In this document: positions 57,200-64,000 of the stretch, in pieces
Layout of the letters: each line of letters starts with the position of its first letter
Numbering within the stretch: the stretch's first letter is position 1
Assembly: GCA_965240325.2 (NCBI GenBank)
Contig: OZ251225.1
Location: 868,001-932,000 of the forward strand
Direction of reading: 5' to 3'
Length of the DNA stretch: 64,000 bases
Source: Rebecca billardiae RCC1528
Taxonomy: Eukaryota > Protista > Haptophyta
Program-made: the position numbers and the translations under genes
The notes under the pieces: generated by a model
Databases searched by the model: none
Told to the model about the DNA's origin: nothing
What the model saw: the letters and a program-made list of their open reading frames with translations, nothing else

Positions 57200-57837
57200 T
57201 TAGCCCGAGCTCTTCGCCTTGGACTTCTTGAGGCCGCGCAGCTTCTTGAGGCGGTTCTTGAGCTCCTTCTTCTGCTTGCGCGCGCCGCCCTTCTTCTTCG
57301 AGAGGCCAGCCTTCAGCAGCCGGTGCACGGGCTCAAACTTCTTCATCACCGTTGTGTTGTCATAGATCATCCCAAAACCCGTGCTCCGCCCGCCACCGAA
57401 CGCCAGCTTGAAGCCAAAGAGCACAATCGTCGTCGGGTCCGACACCTGCGCGCAGCGCGCACGACAAGCCCCCCCGGCCCCAAGCGCAGTGAGCACAGGC
57501 TGCGCAGGCCGCCGCGTCGCACAGACGATCGTCGGGATCCGCAGCGAACGCACCTTGTACAGCTTCGCCAGCTTTTCGCGCATTTCTGACTTTGGGATGC
57601 CCGCCACGCCAGGGTGCAGCACGTCCACCACCTGTCCACACGCCACGCGCGCGCCACGCACTGTCAGCGCCCACACTCGCCCGCGCGAGCGCGCGATGCA
57701 AGCACAGCCCATCCGCCTGCACCACGGCGCACGAGGTGCGCCCGCAGGGCGGCGCGCACAAATTGGCGACGGCCCAGCAGCGGGTTCGTGATGAACTTCT
57801 TTGTCCGAATCGTGCACGCCTTCGCCGCGTCCGTCAT
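57200..57837 (-). CDS. RPS24: 40S ribosomal protein S24 (eS24), 3 exons: 57837-57760, 57631-57554, 57445-57200
   Basis: [18 protein letters not shown] / [17 protein letters not shown] / ..[30 protein letters not shown], joined by two phase-0 GT..AG introns. Confidence 0.96.
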
Positions 57838-57997
57838 GGCTACGGGCTCCCTGCTGCAAGGAGCTCCCACGCCGAGTTGGCCGCGTGGCGAGCGTATCCG
57901 GGCAAGTCCGGATTGGTGAAAGTCCGGTGAATTGCGGATCATGCAGGTCCGGATCGGCGTTTCGGGAGCCCTTGTTCGGGCGACCGCACGGAGGGCG

Positions 57998-58876
57998 ATG
58001 GCAGCCGCCCGTCAACGGCAGGAGCCGGAGGATGTGGAGGATGTGCTTGTGGCGGCAGCGCGGTCAGGCGACGTGGCGCGCACGCGCGAGCACGCACGTC
58101 TCGATCCGTCCTCTGCGATGCGCGCGCTCATTGCCGCCGCGGTCGGCGGCCATGCGGAAGTCACCGCCGCGCTTGCGCCGCTGCCAGATGCCACTGATGG
58201 TTTGAGCACCGCGCTGCTCCTGGCCGCCCGCCACGGCCACGCAGCGGTAGTGGACGCGCTGCTGGCCGCAAATGCGGAGAACATGGACGAGGCTCTGATC
58301 GAGGCTGCCGCGCATGGCCGTGGCGACGTGGCGCACCGCCTCCTCGCCAAGGCGAGCGCGCACGCTGCAAACCTCGCCCTGGAGATGGCGGCTGAGGGCG
58401 GCCACGCGCCGATAGTGGCGCTGCTGCTCAAGGAGGGCGCGACGTCGCTCAGCGGCGCGCTCAAAGGGGCGGTCGATGGTGGCCATGCGCGCGTGTGTGA
58501 GCAGCTCATGGACGCCGGCGCCAACCCATCTGAGGGGCTGTGCGACGCAGCGGCTGCGGGCAACAGCACCCTCGCACAGCTGTTTATCAGGCGCGGCGCG
58601 GCCACGCTCGACCAGGCGTTCGTGATCGCGGCGAAGACAGGCAACACGGAGACCGTCGTGGAAATCGTGCACGGGCGCGCCCCGGACCAATCCGACAAGG
58701 CTGCCGTACCCCGCGATGGCGCCGTGTCGCGCGCGCCGCCAGAGATCGCAGCTGCTGCCGAGCGCGCACAGAGGCGCGCAGAGCAGGCAGCGCGTCGCCT
58801 CGACGCGGGCGGCTCACGCCCGGCGGCGGCCAAGCCAGTGTTTCACCGCGCCGTGCGCTCAGAGCGCCGCGCGTGA
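57998..58876 (+). CDS. Short-unit ankyrin-repeat protein
   Basis: Repeats [40 protein letters not shown] and [10 protein letters not shown]. Confidence 0.8.
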   Translation: MAAARQRQEPEDVEDVLVAAARSGDVARTREHARLDPSSAMRALIAAAVGGHAEVTAALAPLPDATDGLSTALLLAARHGHAAVVDALLAANAENMDEALIEAAAHGRGDVAHRLLAKASAHAANLALEMAAEGGHAPIVALLLKEGATSLSGALKGAVDGGHARVCEQLMDAGANPSEGLCDAAAAGNSTLAQLFIRRGAATLDQAFVIAAKTGNTETVVEIVHGRAPDQSDKAAVPRDGAVSRAPPEIAAAAERAQRRAEQAARRLDAGGSRPAAAKPVFHRAVRSERRA

Positions 58877-59861
58877 TGCGTGGGGCTGCGATGCCCGGTG
58901 CGCCCAGCTGATCGTGGCCTACCCGCAGCCGAACGATGCACTGCCTCTTCAATGAAGCCAAACCCGGGCTGGCTGCCTGCACAGCAATTGGCGGCCGCCG
59001 AGCACATGCACTCCGGGCACTGTCAGCCGCCGGCAGGCGGCAGCCCCATCATAGATCGCATCATCTACTGGTACTGCCAGCCAGCCAGCCCGAGGGCGAT
59101 GTGCGCACCGTGTCGGCCGGCGCCGCGGGCGGCACTGACGTGAGTGGCACCGTGAGTCGATTGTCAGTGTCAGCAGACATCAGTGAGTCACCCCGGAGTG
59201 ACCAGGTGGCCCGGGCCGGTCCGGCCGTCCGCGTGGCGCGTCTGCGACCGCGCGGCGCCGAGTGAGCCCGAGTGGCTGCTGGCTCCCCGGGACCCGGCGG
59301 CTCCGGTTCGCGGACCCGCGCCGCCTACTACAGGTCACAGGAACGTGAACCGGCCGCGAAGAATCATCGAAGATGCCATCCTCTGTAACCTGCTCGATCT
59401 GTTTTCACGACCCGCATCATACCCGCCTGTGCGTTCTGGCTGCATGCCTCTTTCTGATTTAGGACTCATCAACCAGTGATGGCATCGGCCAACGGCCCCG
59501 GGCACGCGCGCCTCGGGCTTGGACGGCGGAATACTGGTTAATGCGCCGCCAGCCGTCCGCGCCGAATCCCGAGACGGGCATCATGCTGTGGAGTGTGGTC
59601 GTGGAGTCGGTGGATTCTGCACTTTTTCGACGCTGCGCAGGTTCGCCAGCCCCCGCACGTCTGGGTTATGAGAGTGCGTCCGAACAGCCGAGCTGGCGAG
59701 CACACCTCACATGACTGACTAATAATACTGCTACAGTTTATTTGTTTTAACGACGTGCGTAAGGCTCACGGTGGCACGTTGCCGCGCCATCCTTCATCGC
59801 ACGCTCTCCGAAGAGAGACCTGGAAACTGGTTTGAACCCATGACCTCGGACGCGTGTTATC

Positions 59862-60091
59862 TACAGTTTAAGACTAAGATTACTATTTAAAGAGACGCAC
59901 ACAGCTCAGGCAGCCGGCAGGCGAGAGTTGACGCCCGCCAACTGGCAACTGTCACCGCCCATGACGCCGTCGCCGATCGGGTGGCGCCGTCGGAAGATTC
60001 ATTTAGCCGTCCGCCTGCGAGGCCTGGATGAGGGCTGCGGCCGCCTCGCGGCGCGCCATCGCCCGTCGTTCTCGCCCCACCATCGTCCGCA
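59862..60091 (+). mobile_element. MITE-A copy with left terminus
   Basis: TACAGTTTA..CTAAGA..AAGAGACGCACACAGCTCAGGCAG followed by the family-A core. Confidence 0.7.
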
Positions 60092-60311
60092 CTCCTATTG
60101 TAAGGTACCGAGTATTGTACTCTTCTGCTCGTACTGTCGCGTACGTTCTCATCTCAGTGAACAGTCTGAACAGTCTGCCGTGCGAGTCTCGTTCGTCATC
60201 AAGAGTCTCATCATCAGTCTGATTCTCCGCCTGAGGGCCTGACATGACCCGACGACGCCGCGAACGCTGTCGCTTTCCACGTCCGCAGGTCCGCTTGCCT
60301 TGCAACTCGAG

Positions 60312-60784
60312 ATGCCGAACCTCACTCCCAGTGTCGAGTTCGCGCACGTCGCGCGAGAGTGGCGCTGCAAGTGGAGTGAGGATGGGGAGAAGGCATCGCT
60401 CGAGGCGGCACAGCAGGCCTTCAACGGTGATTGCGGGCACGCGCGGCGCCCCTGCGATGGGTTTTGTGCTGTGTGCGCGGCTGCCGCGGCATGACGTTCT
60501 GACCACCGCCCAATCACGCATCCGGCATCGCTGCGCCCCCACATCACCGACACGCACCAGGAATCGTGGGCGACCTGAAGAAGGTCGACGGTGTCGTTAG
60601 CGTGCAGCGCATCGTGTGCGGTGGTTGCCACGACTTCAAGATCATCGCCAAGCTGAATGCGGAGAAATTTGGCGCCTTCGAGGCCAGCGGTCACGGGCCA
60701 GAGGCTGGCTTCCTCGAGAAGCTGCGTGCCGTGCCTGGCGTGACGGACGTCGAGACGCAGACTTACACCATTGAAGAGATGTAA
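60312..60784 (+). CDS. Small conserved algal protein with CGGC motif, 2 exons: 60312-60426 and 60561-60784
   Basis: The GT..AG intron joins VAREWRCKWSEDGEKASL..FN-G-IVGDLKK..VQRIVCGGCHDFK..VETQTYT in frame; strong codon bias. Confidence 0.8.
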
Positions 60785-63021
60785 ACCATGCTGCAGCTGA
60801 CTGCTCGGCAGCAGATGCGCGACGCCAACATGCCAAGCATGCGCGTGGCACACAGACCGGCATCTGCAGTACCATTTATCTATCAGTGCACACGAGCTGC
60901 CCATGCGCATTCGATCCTCAAGTCCACCACTCTCAACAAGGCAGATGGGGTTGGCACATCATTCGCAGGCATGTGTCCACCGGGCACCTGGTCTCCCAAA
61001 TCTACCTATGGCCTGCGGACAACTTACTGATCGGCTGCCCGCCGGGGTGGGCCCGGCGCGGCGGCGCCGCGGTGGCGCTCCGGGCGGCGGGCGCGGCTTC
61101 GGGCGCGGCCGGGACCGCGCGGCGTGGGCCCCGGTCGGGCATCTGCTGACGCCGAAGCCCGAAGGCCCATCATTATGTCGGAGCCGGCCGCTGGGGGGTG
61201 ACCCGTCGGCAAGTCAGCCTGAAGTCGGCAACTGCGGGGGCGGGCCGCCCGAACGGCGAACCGCTCACAGAATAGTGAGCGTAAGTTCGACGAGCCTAAG
61301 CCGGCGGACTCTCCCGCGAGTGCAGATGACTCAGGAGTCGTTCACATGCACTTAGTACACGCCTACAGTAACGGCGGACTTAAGAATGCTACGCGGAGTC
61401 ACGGTTACGGATATTATGATGATGAATAACTTGCTCGTGCACTACTCGGCTCGCGCGGAGTAACTGGCGCAGTGACAGCGTCCGACGGTCCGTGCTGTGT
61501 GACAGCACTACGGACGGGCTGTCAACTCCCGACACAGTCGCCGTCACACTGACACTCTGGTCACTCTGCCGGCGGCGCCCGTCCGGAGGACGAGTAGTAA
61601 GAAGTAATAACTTATTTATAAAATAAAATTGGATGTATGACTGTGTCTGTTAGCCTTCCTGGCGGGCCTGACGACGTCAGTTACCAACGACGACAACAAC
61701 ATCAACCCCAGTGGCAACCAACATCAACGTGCGCTGACACCACTGCCACTGAGCACTGCAAGCTTCGACCAGTACCACGACGTCGACAGACGAATCAGGA
61801 GAGCTGCGCCCTCGTGCCTGTGTCTTTAAATTAATCATATACAGAATTAGCCTCAGTCTCGGACAAACCGTAGAGTCTATGACTACGACTGAGACTACTC
61901 AGTCGCATGCAGCTGAAAGCTGTCAGTGCTAGTCCGTAGTCGGAGAGACTTTTCAGAGCTATAGTGCAGTCGTCAATTGTGCCGCGTCAGCCGCGGAACT
62001 GAGATGGAACTAATTAATTGCGGTACGTCGGATATAACTATATGCTGATGCAACCCGTTGCCTACTTACGGCGACGCGCACCGCGGGCGGCCGGCCTGAG
62101 GCCCGTGCACTCGGGCACTTGGGCCACTAGCTGCGTGTCCCACGTGAGGGGTGGTGACGGTTGTGAGCGAACGTCGAGAGACAAGACACACTGACACAAA
62201 ACAAGTCAGTGTCCACTGAATACCTGCCCCGGTTCACCAACTTAGCCCGTAGTAGTATTAGTAATAGTACGGCACGGCGAATAGTCTGCACTGCGGCCTG
62301 GATGGCCGTACAGAGCGGGTGGGCTCTTGAACTCTCCACGGCGCCGCCCGGTGGCCGGTGGCGCACGCGACACACACGGAGTTCAAAGCTACAGGTACCC
62401 GCTCAGGAGTGCACCGCCGCACAGCGGCTCAGGAGCTACGTGACCATCAAGTGACCAGGATAGCTCCCCGCCAATTCGCGGTGTCTGGTGGTCAGTGACT
62501 GAGCCGTGTCGTCTCGTGGCAGTGGTGCGGCGCACGCCAGGGCGTGCAGACAGAAGAGAGGACGGCATGGAAGCGGCCTCCTCTTGGAGCCGCCCGCGTT
62601 CAGCCGGAGCCACCCGCCATGCTGCTTCGCCATGCAGCGACGCAGAAGACGTGGCGTAGTCACGGAAGTCGTCGTCGCACATTTCGACCGACGACGAAAT
62701 CAATCGTTCACACAAAAAAGACGGACCGACCGTTCGCCAGGCTTCTCAAGTCCCCCCCGCCCAACTCCGGCTAGGGAGCCCCGTAATCAGCAAGCGCTGA
62801 TAGGCTCCGGATTGGGTTCTTGTGGCCAGTGGGCCTCTCAGATGGCCAATCAGCGTGCCGCCTCGCAACCCAAAGACCGCGGCTATCGAGGCCCCACCAC
62901 GCGCGCGGCGCGGCGGCCGCCGCAACAGCAGCCTCGCGAGGCCTGTCTCGGCCGCGAGGGTTTGGCTTCGCTGCCTTCCCCCCCACCGTGGTCGGGCCTC
63001 CGCCCCCAGCCCCCGGCGACA

Positions 63022-64000
63022 ATGTCGTGGCAGCAGCCGCACCACCACCCCGACTCGCTGTACGCGCCGTTCCCGCCGCCCGGTCCGCCGGGCCCGTTCA
63101 TGCCGAGCGCGCCGAACGGCCTCCTCGCGCCGCCGCCTGTCTCGGCCCCAATCCCCCAGATGCCGCCGATGCCGCCTGGCTACCAGGGCGGCGGCCCGTC
63201 GCAGATGCATGCGGGCTCCATGTCTGGCATGGGCGGCGCGGGCAGCCAGCTCGTGCTGCCGCCCGATTTCGTGCCCCCTCCGAGCACGCTGCCGACCAGC
63301 GCGCCCACCTCGCAGCCGACGCCGCCTCCACCCGCCAAGCAGCGGGCGTCGAAGAAGGCGGCGGCTGCGGCCGCCGCGCCAGCGGGCGCGCCGCCGCCGC
63401 AGCGCATTGTGGACGGCAAGCTGCCGCCGGGCACGTACATCGGGCGTACCGTGGTCGAGAACAACCGCGTGATCAAGATCGCGCAGCCGTACACGACCGG
63501 CCACCTCACCTGCCCGTACTACCCCGACTGCGAGCGCACGTTCAAGCATGCCTCGGAGCGCGTCATCCACGTGCGCAAGGTGCACACGGGCGAGAAGCCG
63601 TTCAAGTGCTCGTACGAGGGGTGCGACAAGCGGTTCTGCTCGTCCAAGCAGCTCAAGTCACACGAGCGCTCGCACAGCAACGAGAAGCCCTTCGTGTGCA
63701 CCGAGTGCGGCAAGGGCCTCGGGTGCGCCGCCGAGCGCGAGCGCCGCACGTGCCCCTGCTCGCGCGCGCCCCGGCCTGCGCCATCCCGCCCGTGGCGCGG
63801 CGCGCGCGCGGCTCGCGCGCTGAGCAGGCGGCGCCCCTTCCCTCCCCCCTCGCCCGCCCCGCCGACGCAGCACCTCGTGCGCGCTCGCCTACCACGTGAA
63901 GGCCGTGCACACGAAGGAGCGGCCGTTCAAGTGCGAGCTGGAGAGCTGCGGCCTCACGTACATGACCAAGGCGGACCTCGACCGGCACTACGCCAAGCAC
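63022..64000 (+). CDS. C2H2 zinc-finger transcription factor, Pro-rich N-terminus, intron ~63723-63871, 3' partial
   Basis: CPYYPDCERTFKHASERVIHVRKVHTGEKPFKCSYEGCDKRF..HERSHSNEKPFVCTECGK..HVKAVHTKERPFKC. Confidence 0.88.
   Translation, partial: MSWQQPHHHPDSLYAPFPPPGPPGPFMPSAPNGLLAPPPVSAPIPQMPPMPPGYQGGGPSQMHAGSMSGMGGAGSQLVLPPDFVPPPSTLPTSAPTSQPTPPPPAKQRASKKAAAAAAAPAGAPPPQRIVDGKLPPGTYIGRTVVENNRVIKIAQPYTTGHLTCPYYPDCERTFKHASERVIHVRKVHTGEKPFKCSYEGCDKRFCSSKQLKSHERSHSNEKPFVCTECGKGLGCAAERERRTCPCSRAPRPAPSRPWRGARAARALSRRRPFPPPSPAPPTQHLVRARLPREGRAHEGAAVQVRAGELRPHVHDQGGPRPALRQA

Overview
Gene-dense eukaryotic nuclear DNA with very high GC in coding regions and short (~90-170 nt) GT(GCG)...CAG introns. 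Bipartite plastid-type targeting signals and AP2 transcription factors suggest a secondary-plastid alga, most likely a haptophyte of the Pavlovales type; this is inference only. The window holds about 21 host protein genes (FG-GAP protein, ALDH, lipoyl synthase, kinesin, sulfotransferase-glycosyltransferase fusion, VAMP7, Sos7/Zwint-like protein, pseudouridine synthase, importin-11-like protein, two AP2 paralogues, two ankyrin proteins, RPS24, a C2H2 factor and others) and one tRNA-Gly(CCC). DNA transposons are abundant. There are two inverted copies of a 1.7-kb TIR element with 7-bp TSDs, one of which carries a nested 3.17-kb P-like element (32-bp perfect TIRs, 7-bp TSD), while the sister copy preserves the empty site. 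There is also a Tc1-like MITE family and a fold-back insertion. The most unusual object is a 3.9-kb insertion (46747-50683) bounded by a 9-bp direct duplication and short imperfect TIRs. It encodes no transposase but carries an intact, intronless NCLDV/PrimPol-type AEP primase-polymerase, bracketed by ~395-bp inverted repeats and followed by a 12-unit tandem array of clustered TGTTAC boxes. All calls come from manual reading; no database searches were run.
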